A stretch of 58,398 nucleotides of DNA from Thermodesulfobacteriota bacterium (GTDB lineage: Bacteria; Desulfobacterota; Desulfobaccia; Desulfobaccales; 0-14-0-80-60-11). The stretch is from positions 1-58,398 of the forward strand of contig JBFLZI010000002.1 of NCBI GenBank assembly GCA_040756315.1, given 5' to 3'. Made by a program: the position numbers and the translations under genes. This document shows, piece by piece, positions 50,675-58,398 of this stretch. The notes below the pieces were generated by a model. That model searched no databases. It had not been told where the DNA came from and was given only the letters and a program-made list of their open reading frames with translations. The number at the start of each line of letters is the position of its first letter. Within the stretch, counting starts at the first letter, position 1.

Positions 50675-51019
50675 ATGAAAAAAGTGATGCTGGTAGGTTG
50701 TGGAGCCTACATGGACAGCGGTTACGGCTGTCCGGGGGAATGGCGCTGCATGAAGGCGGCCACGTTGGGGGAGGGGACGTTTACCGAACCCGTGCAGGTC
50801 ATGTCCTTTGTCAAGTGTCAGTGCCCCGGTCGCAGCCTGGTGGCCAACGTGGGCATGGCCATGAAGCTGGCGGAAATGAAGCCGGAAGCGATTTATTTGA
50901 GTTCCTGCCTGGCCAAGGCCAAGCCGGGGTGTCCTTATAGCACCGCCGAAGAAATCTCCCAGCTTATCACGGGAAAAACCGGCATCCCGGTGATATTGGG
51001 GACCCACGAATATCATTAA
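50675..51019 (+). CDS. CGGC-domain protein
   Basis: MKKVMLVGCGAYMDSGYGCPGEWRC...CQCPG...SSCL. RBS AAAGGAG 9 nt upstream. The track start at 50645 is an extension. Confidence 0.7.
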   Translation: MKKVMLVGCGAYMDSGYGCPGEWRCMKAATLGEGTFTEPVQVMSFVKCQCPGRSLVANVGMAMKLAEMKPEAIYLSSCLAKAKPGCPYSTAEEISQLITGKTGIPVILGTHEYH

Positions 51020-51053
51020 TACCAAGGTGCGCTCATAACGGTAATATATTTTC

Positions 51054-51117
51054 TGTAGGGGCGGACCTAGGTGTCCGCCTCAGATTTTGGGCGCACACAC
51101 AGGTGCGCCCCTACAGA
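51054..51117. repeat. GTAGGGGCG double-hairpin repeat (best copy)
   Basis: CTGTAGGGGCGGAC-CTAGGT-GTCCGCC...GGGCGCAC-ACACAG-GTGCGCCCCTACAG. Confidence 0.55.
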
Positions 51118-51166
51118 CAAGCAGATTGACTTACTTCTTTGAGCGTAACTTGGCATACACCCTTCA

Positions 51167-51218
51167 AAATAGAAAACCGCTCATGCATCCCCTCATGAAA
51201 TTGAGGGGAGAGAGCGGT
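51167..51218 (-). terminator. rho-independent terminator downstream of tRNA-Ala
   Basis: On the minus strand: ACCGCTC..CCCCTCA-ATTTCA-TGAGGGG..GAGCGGT, followed by TTTTCTATTTT. Confidence 0.65.
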
Positions 51219-51243
51219 ACCAGGGATAACTTATTGAATAACT

Positions 51244-51319
51244 TGGTGGAGATGAGGGGATTTGAACCCCTGACCTCCTGCATGCGAAGCAGGCGCTCTT
51301 CCAACTGAGCTACATCCCC
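51244..51319 (-). tRNA. tRNA-Ala (anticodon CGC), CCA encoded
   Basis: The reverse complement GGGGATGTAGCTCAGTTGGAAGAGCGCCTGCTTCGCATGCAGGAGGTCAGGGGTTCAAATCCCCTCATCTCCACCA folds as a cloverleaf. It has the G3:U70 Ala identity pair and anticodon loop TTCGCAT. Confidence 0.95.
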
Positions 51320-51431
51320 ACAGATTTTAATTATGGCCGGGAATTACTCGATGTCAAGCGGAAACGCCGTCGGCTTAAAGAGAAGACCAGAGGGCCAGCG
51401 GTCACCCGGCCCTCTGAGTTCAGCTACTCTT

Positions 51432-51690
51432 ATACCAATCCGCCAGCAAACCTGGGTTTGGATAGTAGAGGCGAATCTGGTATTCCCCCTGAATCGGCGG
51501 GAGAACACGAGGAAACCGTCTCAAAACCCATATTTTTATCAAAATGTCATTCTGAGCGAAGCGAAGAATCTCGTATTATTAAACACTTGATACCCTTCGC
51601 TTCGCTCAGGGCGACAGAAAGAAAAGGTTTTGGGACGGTTTCCGAGGTTCGTCCCTTGTCTAATACCTTTTGAAGGCGAATTGGTATTAG
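51432..51690. repeat. composite repeat region (ATACCAAT-CGCC/GGCGAAT-TGGTAT inverted repeats plus a TGAGCGAAGCGAAG/CTTCGCTTCGCTCA hairpin)
   Basis: TATACCAATCCGCC (51431-51444) pairs with GGCGAATCTGGTAT (51470-51483). A 14-bp inverted repeat lies at about 51553-51609. GGCGAATTGGTATTAG at 51675-51690 is identical to 47160-47175. Confidence 0.5.
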
Positions 51691-51743
51691 AACAGTCTCA
51701 GCTTATCCCCTGCAGGCAGGTACCCCGAGACTCCTTTTAGCCT

Positions 51744-52649
51744 TCAGGTCCCGAAAAGAAAGAGGCGTACGTAAACCACCACCGGGACAGCGAAGAGCAG
51801 GCTGTCCAGGCGGTCCAGCATGCCGCCGTGCCCCGGCAGTAGGGAGCCGGCGTCCTTCACCCGGGCCTGACGCTTGAGCATGGATTCGAAGAGGTCCCCC
51901 ACCAGCCCCAGTAAACCCACCAGCAGGGACAGCCAGGCCAGGCTTACGGTCCGGCTCTGTGGAAAGAGCTGCCGCCCCAGCAAAATCCCCACCACCAGAC
52001 AGGCGGCCAGACCGCCGGCAGTGCCCACCCAGGTCTTCCCCGGACTCACCTGGGGATAGAGCTTCTTTTCCCCCCAGGCCTTACCGCTGTAAAAGGCCGT
52101 GGTGTCTCCGGCGAAAATTACCGCCAGGAGCCATAAGACCCACCATTCCCCCTGAGCCATGAAGCGGAGCCAGACCAGATGGCCTAACAGCAGGGGCAGA
52201 TAAAGCAGCCCCAAGGCATTTACCGCCAGACTCCAGGCCACCTTTTCAATATGGCCGTAGCTGAGGAGATAAAAAAGCAGCAGGCCGAACAGGCAAAACA
52301 CTAAGACCATTACCGGCCCGATGGGGTTGATGGGATAAGCCTGCTTCGGTATGGTCCAGAAACTTAAGATCAATATCGTGCCCAGGGTAATGGGGTAGAG
52401 CTTGCGCACCCAGTCGGATTCCGGCTTGAACATGCCGATAAATTCCCATTGCCCCAGCCCGCTGATCAAAACGATCATCAACACAAAGAGGATGCGACCT
52501 CCCAGAAGGAGCACCAGGAGCAAAATGGGCACCGCAATGATGGCCGTAAGCCAACGCTGCCAATGCAAAGGAAATTCCTCTCTGGGGTGATTGACGTGGG
52601 GGAGGGGGCTAAGGGCCTCAGGTCCCTGGCCCTCCCTCCACAACTTCAT
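51744..52649 (-). CDS. cdsA: phosphatidate cytidylyltransferase
   Basis: Polytopic membrane protein with C-terminal signature SMLKRQARVKDAGSLLPGHGGMLDRLDS. ATG 52649 forms an ATGA overlap with lgt, but the first 27 codons cover a REP-like element. TTG 52568 with GAGAGGA is an alternative start. Confidence 0.88.
   Translation of the reverse strand: MKLWREGQGPEALSPLPHVNHPREEFPLHWQRWLTAIIAVPILLLVLLLGGRILFVLMIVLISGLGQWEFIGMFKPESDWVRKLYPITLGTILILSFWTIPKQAYPINPIGPVMVLVFCLFGLLLFYLLSYGHIEKVAWSLAVNALGLLYLPLLLGHLVWLRFMAQGEWWVLWLLAVIFAGDTTAFYSGKAWGEKKLYPQVSPGKTWVGTAGGLAACLVVGILLGRQLFPQSRTVSLAWLSLLVGLLGLVGDLFESMLKRQARVKDAGSLLPGHGGMLDRLDSLLFAVPVVVYVRLFLFGT
52597..52640. repeat. REP-like palindromic element, G5AG5 family (copy B)
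   Basis: TGGGGGAGGGGGCTAAGGGCC-TCAGGT-CCCTGGCCCTCCCTCCA. Confidence 0.55.
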
Positions 52650-53422
52650 TCCTTTTCCTTACTCCTATGCCAGGCCCAAAGTAAAACCGCGCCCGCGGTC
52701 AGGGACAGGCCCAGGGCAAAGACCTGGGTAGAGGGCATCTCCCCGATTAATAGCGGTCCCCGGTAGTCCAGGGGGGATCGAAAAAACTCTACCACAAAAC
52801 GCACCAGGCCAGCCAGCACGAAGTAGGTAAGAATCACCTGGCCCTCGAAGCGTTTCCTGGTCCTGAGCCAATAGACCACCCCGAAGACTCCCAGGGATAA
52901 CAGGGCTTCATAGAGTTGCGTGGGGTGGATGGGCACTTTGATGGGGCACAGGGTCTCGGGGTGGGTAAAGGTGACCCCCCAGGGGAGATCAGTGGGGCGG
53001 CCGTAACAACAGCCGGCCATGAAGCAGCCCAGCCGCCCGAAAAACTGTCCCACCGGCAGGCCCACTCCCAGGGAATCAAAGGAAGTCCGCCAGGGCAGAT
53101 CATGGCGGCGCATATACCAGAACCCCACCGCCACCGCGGCCACCAGGCCGCCGTGAAACACCAGCCCGCCGTCCCAGAGGACAAAGATTTTCAGGGGGTT
53201 AGCCAGAAAATAGGGGTATTCCAAAATGACATACAACAAGCGGGAGCCCACTAAGGCGGACAGGACGATGTAAAAACAGAGATCATAGAATCGCCCGACG
53301 TTCAGGCCCTGACGCCGGGCCTCCTGGGCGGAGAGATAGATGGCGGCAAGGAAGGCCAGGGCCAGGAAAAATCCATAGGTGAAGATATTAATGGGACCTA
53401 ATCTAAACAGGATGGGATGCAT
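52646..53422 (-). CDS. lgt: prolipoprotein diacylglyceryl transferase
   Basis: 258 aa with GGLVFHGG, and GRLGCFMAGCCYGRPT matching the Lgt signature. Confidence 0.93.
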   Translation of the reverse strand: MHPILFRLGPINIFTYGFFLALAFLAAIYLSAQEARRQGLNVGRFYDLCFYIVLSALVGSRLLYVILEYPYFLANPLKIFVLWDGGLVFHGGLVAAVAVGFWYMRRHDLPWRTSFDSLGVGLPVGQFFGRLGCFMAGCCYGRPTDLPWGVTFTHPETLCPIKVPIHPTQLYEALLSLGVFGVVYWLRTRKRFEGQVILTYFVLAGLVRFVVEFFRSPLDYRGPLLIGEMPSTQVFALGLSLTAGAVLLWAWHRSKEKE

Positions 53423-53903
53423 CTTGTCCTTTCTCTTCCGTCAGGATGACCCAGACCAGGAGTCCGGCTCCCAGGCAGACCAGGCTGTCCGCCACATTGA
53501 AGGCCGGCCAATGGTGCCGCCCCCAATAGAAATCCAAGAAGTCGATGACTTCTTTCAGGCGCACCCGGTCAATGAGATTGCCCAAGGCCCCGGTCATAAT
53601 CAGGCTGTAGCCCAAGGCCGCCAACCCGTGGCCCTCCGGCAGGCGCCACCAGAGATAACCCACCACCACCAGCACCACCAGGGTGGTGATGATAAAGAAA
53701 ATCCAGGCAAAGTTAGGGGACAGGCTTGACAACAGTCCGAACGCGGCCCCCCGGTTGCGGATGTGCACCAGGTTGAAAAAACCCGGGATGATGGGAATCT
53801 GGGTCCCCAAAGGCAGGGATCTGACCACCAGAAACTTGGTAATCTGGTCCAGGGCCACCCCGACGACCAGGACCGGCAACAGGAACATGACTTTGCGAGA
53901 CAT
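53403..53903 (-). CDS. lspA: lipoprotein signal peptidase II
   Basis: 166 aa with NRGAAFG and FNVAD motifs. Classic ileS-lspA linkage. Confidence 0.92.
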   Translation of the reverse strand: MSRKVMFLLPVLVVGVALDQITKFLVVRSLPLGTQIPIIPGFFNLVHIRNRGAAFGLLSSLSPNFAWIFFIITTLVVLVVVGYLWWRLPEGHGLAALGYSLIMTGALGNLIDRVRLKEVIDFLDFYWGRHHWPAFNVADSLVCLGAGLLVWVILTEEKGQDASHPV

Positions 53904-53979
53904 AAGGTTCGAAGCCTTTTTATCCCTAGGGCGGGCCTCCCGCCCGTCTTTGGCGCCTGACTTTAGGGGTATCGGGTTA

Positions 53980-56766
53980 TTAAGCCTCCAGGACCTGAAG
54001 ACAACGGGCGCAAATCTGGGGATGCCCGGCGTCGGCCCCGACGCTGGGGGATTGGAACCAGCAGCGCACGCACTTTTCCCCCGGGGCTTTGTCCACCTGG
54101 ACCCAAAGCCCGGGGACCTCTTGGGCCGGCAGCGCCGCCGCGGTGCCGACCTGCCATTCAGCCACTTCCAAATCCGCCACCTGGGCCAGGGTCTTCAGTT
54201 CCCCTTCCTGTTGGGAGAGCTTTTCATAAAGACCGGCCTCAGTGACCCCCAGCACCACCCGGGCTTCCTGGGGGGTGCTGAGTTGTTTGGCTCTCCGGGC
54301 CTCCTCCAGGCCCCGGTTGATCTCCGCCCGCACCTGGAGTAGAAATTCATACTTGCTCAATAAAGCCTCCTCCGGGAACCCGGGGCGGGGTTCCGGGAAG
54401 GCGGTCAGATGGACGCTTTCTTCTCTAGTCTGACCGGGAAGATGGTCCCACACCTCCTCCGCGGTAAAAGAGAGGATAGGGGCCAAAAGCCTGGTCAAGT
54501 CGCGCAAAATCTCCCACAGGGTGCTTTGGGCGCTCCGCCGGGCCGGGGATTCGGCTTTGGAAATATAAAGGCGATCTTTCAGGATATCCAGATAGATGGC
54601 CGACATCTCCACCGCGCAGAATTGGTGCAGGCGGTGAAAGACCAAATGGAATTCGTAATCCAGGTAAGCCTTTTTTACCCGCTCCCGCAGTTGGGCCAGC
54701 CAGGACAGGGCCAGGCGATCCAATTCCTCCCGGTCCCCGGGGGGCACCAGGTGGCGCTCCGGGTCAAAATCATAGAGATTACCCAGCATGAACCGGGCGG
54801 TATTCCGGAAACGCCGATAAGCCTCGGCCAGTTGCTTTAAAATGCCGTCCGAGAGGCGCACGTCGTCCCGGTAATCCTCCGCCGCCACCCACAGCCGGAG
54901 AATCTCCGCGCCGTAAGCCTGCATGACCTCCTGGGGAACGATGACGTTTCCCAGGGATTTGGACATCTTGCGCCCGTCGCCGTCCACCACGAAGCCGTGG
55001 GTCAGCACCCCCCGATAAGGGGCCTGGCCCCGCGTGCCCACCGCGGCCAAAAGGCTGCTGTGGAACCAACCCCGGTGTTGGTCGGAGCCTTCCAGGTACA
55101 GGTCCGCGGGAAAGCGCAGCTCCGGGTTACCTTCCAACACCGCAGCGAAACTCACCCCGGAGTCGAACCAGACGTCCAGGATGTCCGTTTCCTTGCGGAA
55201 ATCTTTTCCCTGACAACGGGGGCAAGAGATCTCGGGGGGCAGCAGTTCCGTCACCGGACTGGCAAACCAGAAATCCGCGCCTTCCCGGCGCACCCGGGCG
55301 ATAATGCCGTCCAGGATTTCCCGGGTCAAAACCACTTCGCCGCAGCCCTGACAATGAAACGCGACAATGGGCACTCCCCAGGCCCGCTGGCGGGAGATGC
55401 ACCAATCCGGGCGTTGCTCCACCATCTGGTAGATGCGCTCCCGGCCCCAGCGGGGAATCCAGGCGGCCCCGTCAATGGCCTCCAGGGCCTTTTCCCGGAG
55501 GCCGTTTTGCTCCATGGAGATGAACCACTGCTCCGTAGCCCGAAAGATAATGGGCTGCTTGCAGCGCCAGCAGTGAGGATAGCTGTGGCTGGCCTCTTCG
55601 GCCAGGAGCAAAGCGCCCTTACGGCGCAGCAGGTCGATGATGCCGGGGTTGGCGCCCCAGACGCTCTCTCCGGCGAACTCCGGCACTTCCTTAGTAAAGC
55701 AGCCGCTGTCGTCCACGGGAGAATAGGGTTTTAGACCATACTTGAGGCCGCTGTCATAATCCTCCTGACCGTGGCCCGGAGCAATATGCACCAAACCGGT
55801 GCCCGCGGTCACCGTGACGTAATCCGCTAAAATTACCTGGGAGTCCCGCTCCAGCCAGGGGTGCCGGGCCACGGCCCCTTCCAGTTGCCGCCCGCTTACT
55901 CTTAAGACCTCCTCCCCTTTGAGGCCCCAGAAGGCCAACAGGCCGGCGGCCAGGTCCGCGGCCACCACCAACAGTTCCTCACCCACCTGAAGGGCCACGT
56001 AATCCAGGTCGGGATGCACGGCAATAGCCAGATTGGCGGGCAGAGTCCAGGGGGTGGTGGTCCAGATCACCAGGGAAACGGGCCTTCCCCCCAACTCCGG
56101 AGCGCCAGCTGGCGGGCTGATCAGGGGAAACTTCACATAAATGGAGGGGGTGTGGTGGTCTTCATATTCCACCTCCGCCTCCGCCAGGGCGGTATGACAG
56201 GTGGCGCACCAGTGGATGGGCTTTTTACTCCGGTAAATGGAGCCGTTCAAAAAAAACTTGCCGTATTCTGTCACGATGGCCGCCACATAGGCCGGGTCCA
56301 TAGTCAGATAAGGATGCCGCCAATCTCCTAAGACCCCCAGGCGCTCAAACTCCTCCCGCTGGATGTCGATAAATTTTTCGGCATAGGCCCGGCAGCGGTT
56401 CCGCACCTCCAACTGGGGCAGGGCCTGGCCCTGGGCCTTCAGTTCCTTGTCCACCTGATGTTCGATGGGCAGCCCGTGGCAATCCCAACCCGGCACATAG
56501 GGGCAGGCAAACCCGGCCATCTGCCGGGATTTGATGATAATGTCCTTGAGAATCTTGTTTAGGGCATGGCCCAGATGAATGTGGCCATTGGCGTAGGGCG
56601 GCCCGTCATGCAAGATGAAGCGGGGTCTGCCCCGGGTGTTGGTCTGAATCCTGCCATAGAGGTCCATTTCCCCCCAGCGCCGCAGGATTTCCGGCTCCCG
56701 CCGGGGCAGCTCCGCTTTCATGGGGAAAGCCGTGCGAGGCAGGTTAAGGGTATCCTTGTAATCCAT
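53980..56766 (-). CDS. ileS: isoleucine--tRNA ligase
   Basis: 928 aa with HIGH-type motif [16 protein letters not shown], and C-terminal zinc-binding pairs CVRC...CARC. Confidence 0.97.
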   Translation of the reverse strand: MDYKDTLNLPRTAFPMKAELPRREPEILRRWGEMDLYGRIQTNTRGRPRFILHDGPPYANGHIHLGHALNKILKDIIIKSRQMAGFACPYVPGWDCHGLPIEHQVDKELKAQGQALPQLEVRNRCRAYAEKFIDIQREEFERLGVLGDWRHPYLTMDPAYVAAIVTEYGKFFLNGSIYRSKKPIHWCATCHTALAEAEVEYEDHHTPSIYVKFPLISPPAGAPELGGRPVSLVIWTTTPWTLPANLAIAVHPDLDYVALQVGEELLVVAADLAAGLLAFWGLKGEEVLRVSGRQLEGAVARHPWLERDSQVILADYVTVTAGTGLVHIAPGHGQEDYDSGLKYGLKPYSPVDDSGCFTKEVPEFAGESVWGANPGIIDLLRRKGALLLAEEASHSYPHCWRCKQPIIFRATEQWFISMEQNGLREKALEAIDGAAWIPRWGRERIYQMVEQRPDWCISRQRAWGVPIVAFHCQGCGEVVLTREILDGIIARVRREGADFWFASPVTELLPPEISCPRCQGKDFRKETDILDVWFDSGVSFAAVLEGNPELRFPADLYLEGSDQHRGWFHSSLLAAVGTRGQAPYRGVLTHGFVVDGDGRKMSKSLGNVIVPQEVMQAYGAEILRLWVAAEDYRDDVRLSDGILKQLAEAYRRFRNTARFMLGNLYDFDPERHLVPPGDREELDRLALSWLAQLRERVKKAYLDYEFHLVFHRLHQFCAVEMSAIYLDILKDRLYISKAESPARRSAQSTLWEILRDLTRLLAPILSFTAEEVWDHLPGQTREESVHLTAFPEPRPGFPEEALLSKYEFLLQVRAEINRGLEEARRAKQLSTPQEARVVLGVTEAGLYEKLSQQEGELKTLAQVADLEVAEWQVGTAAALPAQEVPGLWVQVDKAPGEKCVRCWFQSPSVGADAGHPQICARCLQVLEA

Positions 56767-56851
56767 CCAGCCGCCTCCCTGCTAAACTCAAAGGTTTAAC
56801 TTACCTCATTTGCCTAAAAAAGCAACCGAGTGAGAGGGGGAGATGAGGTTT

Positions 56852-56875
56852 TTGGGGGAGGGGGCCAGGGGGAAT
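56852..56875. repeat. half copy of the G5AG5 REP-like element
   Basis: TTGGGGGAGGGGGCCAGGGGGAAT. It lacks the second arm. Confidence 0.4.
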
Positions 56876-56921
56876 AGTAAAGGGCGAAAAGGGAAAAAGG
56901 TCAACTCATTCTAAAATTGTA

Positions 56922-57010
56922 CTTGGGAACGACAATGAATGCCAAGCTTAACTTGGCTGGTAAAAGCGTTCCCAAGCGCAGCTTGGGAACGAGCCATTCA
57001 TGTTCCAAGG
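56922..57010. repeat. nested inverted-repeat structure (CTTGGGAACG units) in the ileS upstream region
   Basis: CTTGGGAACG (56922-31) pairs perfectly with CGTTCCCAAG (56967-76) and encloses the hairpin GCCAAG-CTTAA-CTTGGC (56941-57). A second unit, CTTGGGAACG (56982-91) with GTTCCAAGG (57002-10), follows. Confidence 0.6.
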
Positions 57011-57184
57011 AACACCCAAAACCAGGAAAATTAACGTAGGGTGAGTCTCACGCACCATTTTTGGCTACGACAGACATTTTCAGAGCAGGCTATTTTTAAG
57101 CGAATTTATGAAGTGTTATCTATACCCACCCCTCTAAACCCGGCCATAACTTGACCTCAAAACCTGATTTAGATAAGATGAGCC

Positions 57185-57517
57185 ATGCGACCGGCGTTAA
57201 CGGCTTTTTTCCTGTCGGCCCTGGTCTTTCCCGGTTTGGGCCAGCTCTACAAGCAGGACCGCAAAAAAGGCATCATCCTGATTTTGCTGGCTAACCTGCT
57301 TTTGGGCCTTCTCCTGTTAATGGGATTGATTACTTTTTCCCAGGAATATATGGCGAATTTTTTCCCGGCCCCCATATCCCTGGAGATTTTGCGGCCCTTG
57401 CTCTTAAGAGTCGTCACCCGCCCCTGGTTCATCATTCCTTTTAGCCTCATGGTGGGATTGTGGGCCTTCGCGGCGTTGGACGCCCTGCGCCGACCGCCCC
57501 CACCCCAGGAGGATTAA
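57185..57517 (+). CDS. hypothetical small membrane protein
   Basis: 110 aa with three hydrophobic segments and an N-terminal FPGLGQLY motif. The stop overlaps the next ATG (TAATG). Confidence 0.6.
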   Translation: MRPALTAFFLSALVFPGLGQLYKQDRKKGIILILLANLLLGLLLLMGLITFSQEYMANFFPAPISLEILRPLLLRVVTRPWFIIPFSLMVGLWAFAALDALRRPPPPQED

Positions 57518-58338
57518 TGGATTTCCTCCAGTTTTTCTGGATTTTCCTCATCTTCATTGCGCTTCAGCCCCTATTCCGGCAGAAGGCCCTGGAGTTTTCC
57601 CGGAAGCGCCTCCTGGCCCGCTTGCAGCAAAAACGCTCCTCCCGGGTCATCCTCCTGGTGCACCGCCAGGAGACCATGGCCCTTTTAGGCTTTCCCGTCT
57701 TCCGCTATATCGACGTGAACGACTCGGAAGAGGTGATCCGGGCCGTCCACTTCTCCGATCCGGAAACCCCCATCGACCTGATTCTTCATACCCCCGGCGG
57801 CCTGGTCCTGGCTTCCCTGCAGATCGCCTTTGCCCTGAATAAACATCCCGGCAAAGTCACCGTCTTTGTGCCCCACTATGCCATGTCCGGGGGCACCTTA
57901 ATCGCCCTGGCCGCGGATGAAATTGTCATGTGCGAACACGCCGTCCTGGGGCCGGTGGACCCCCAGATCGCCCAATTCCCCGCCACCTCCCTCCTCCGAG
58001 CGGTGGCCAAAAAGCCCCTGGGGGACCTGGAGGACAAGACCCTGATCCTGGCGGACCAGGCGGAGATGGCCATCGTGGAAGTGCGGAACAGCGTCCGGGA
58101 ATTGCTGCGGACCAAATTCCCCGACGAAAAGGCTGAGGAACTGGCCCGCATCCTCTCGGAAGGACGCTGGACCCACGATTTTCCCATCACCTTCGAAGTG
58201 GCCCGGACCCTGGGCCTGCCGGTGTCCAACGACATGCCCCAGGAAATCATGGAACTCATGGGCCTCTTCCCCCAACCCGTCCGCCAAACCCCGGCAGTGG
58301 AATACCTTCCCTTCCCCCGCCGCACCCGGCCTGATTGA
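57517..58338 (+). CDS. Clp-fold serine protease of the SDH/SppA-like family, membrane-anchored
   Basis: N-terminal TM helix, then ILHTPGGLVLASLQIA and AMSGGTLIALAADEIVM (ClpP/crotonase-like serine-protease core). Start set at ATG 57517; the track start is 57460. Confidence 0.75.
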   Translation: MDFLQFFWIFLIFIALQPLFRQKALEFSRKRLLARLQQKRSSRVILLVHRQETMALLGFPVFRYIDVNDSEEVIRAVHFSDPETPIDLILHTPGGLVLASLQIAFALNKHPGKVTVFVPHYAMSGGTLIALAADEIVMCEHAVLGPVDPQIAQFPATSLLRAVAKKPLGDLEDKTLILADQAEMAIVEVRNSVRELLRTKFPDEKAEELARILSEGRWTHDFPITFEVARTLGLPVSNDMPQEIMELMGLFPQPVRQTPAVEYLPFPRRTRPD

Positions 58339-58350
58339 GAGTGAGTTACT

Positions 58351-58395
58351 TGGGGGAGGGGGCTAAGGGCCACAGGCCCTTACCCCCTCCCCCAA
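58351..58395. repeat. REP-like palindromic element, G5AG5 family (copy D, best hairpin)
   Basis: TGGGGGAGGGGGCTAAGGGCC-ACA-GGCCCTTACCCCCTCCCCCA. The arms are complementary except for one bulged nucleotide. It lies immediately 3' of the protease gene. Confidence 0.6.
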
Positions 58396-58398
58396 ACC

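Noticed and set aside
26900-51240. The whole metal/redox/selenoprotein region, considered as a mobile genomic island next to the tRNA
   Set aside because: There is no integrase, transposase, conjugation gene or flanking direct repeat. Codon and GC character look the same as the flanking housekeeping genes.
51087-51308. 73-aa plus-strand ORF
   Set aside because: It overlaps the tRNA-Ala gene and its terminator on the opposite strand, and has no RBS.
56767-56900. Possible T-box or attenuator leader for ileS
   Set aside because: No T-box consensus (GGTGGTACCGCG-like) or specifier-loop architecture is visible. Only a weak CCTCAT...ATGAGG pairing and a T-run are present.

Overview
This is a 58.4-kb high-GC chromosomal segment. 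Its gene content looks like a strictly anaerobic sulfate-reducer or syntroph-type bacterium (Desulfobacterota/Thermodesulfobacteriota-like); the taxon is inference only.

Layout:
1. 0.2-10.4 kb (+): a conserved LPS/sigma-54 cluster, kdsA-kdsC-lptC-lptA-lptB-rpoN-hpf-ptsN-rapZ-EIIA(Man)-rimI, followed by a fused ABC ATPase/ABC-2 permease.
2. 10.7-17.7 kb (-): a pentose-phosphate operon, tkt-rpiB-gnd-zwf-pgl-rpe.
3. 18.3-26.9 kb (-): a flavin/Fe-S electron-bifurcation-type cluster, hdrA(long)-mvhD-metV-metF plus two further HdrA/MvhD-like genes, with no hdrBC.
4. 27.2-37.8 kb (+): an array of NifX-like carriers, MinD-type ATPases with ferredoxin inserts, an Mrp-NifX fusion, a PAS/sigma-54 activator, zinc ribbons and a radical SAM enzyme. 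Candidate sigma-54 promoters sit in front of it. It resembles an expanded orange-protein (ORP)-type system and is the most interesting block.
5. 38-51 kb (+): a metal and redox region with a His-rich protein, ZIP and CDF transporters, a flavodiiron protein, DUF5320-like Gly/Arg-rich coiled-coil proteins, a rhodanese and a CGGC protein. It also holds three genes that are only intact if an in-frame TGA is read as selenocysteine: a peroxiredoxin, a DsrE-like protein and a CoADR/NADH-oxidase-like flavoprotein. Each of the three has a hairpin just downstream of the TGA. The ORF track splits or truncates all three.
6. 51.2-58.4 kb: tRNA-Ala(CGC), then cdsA-lgt-lspA-ileS (-), then a membrane protein and a Clp-fold serine protease (+).

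Two families of palindromic intergenic repeats punctuate the window. No CRISPR array, transposase, integrase or rRNA was seen.
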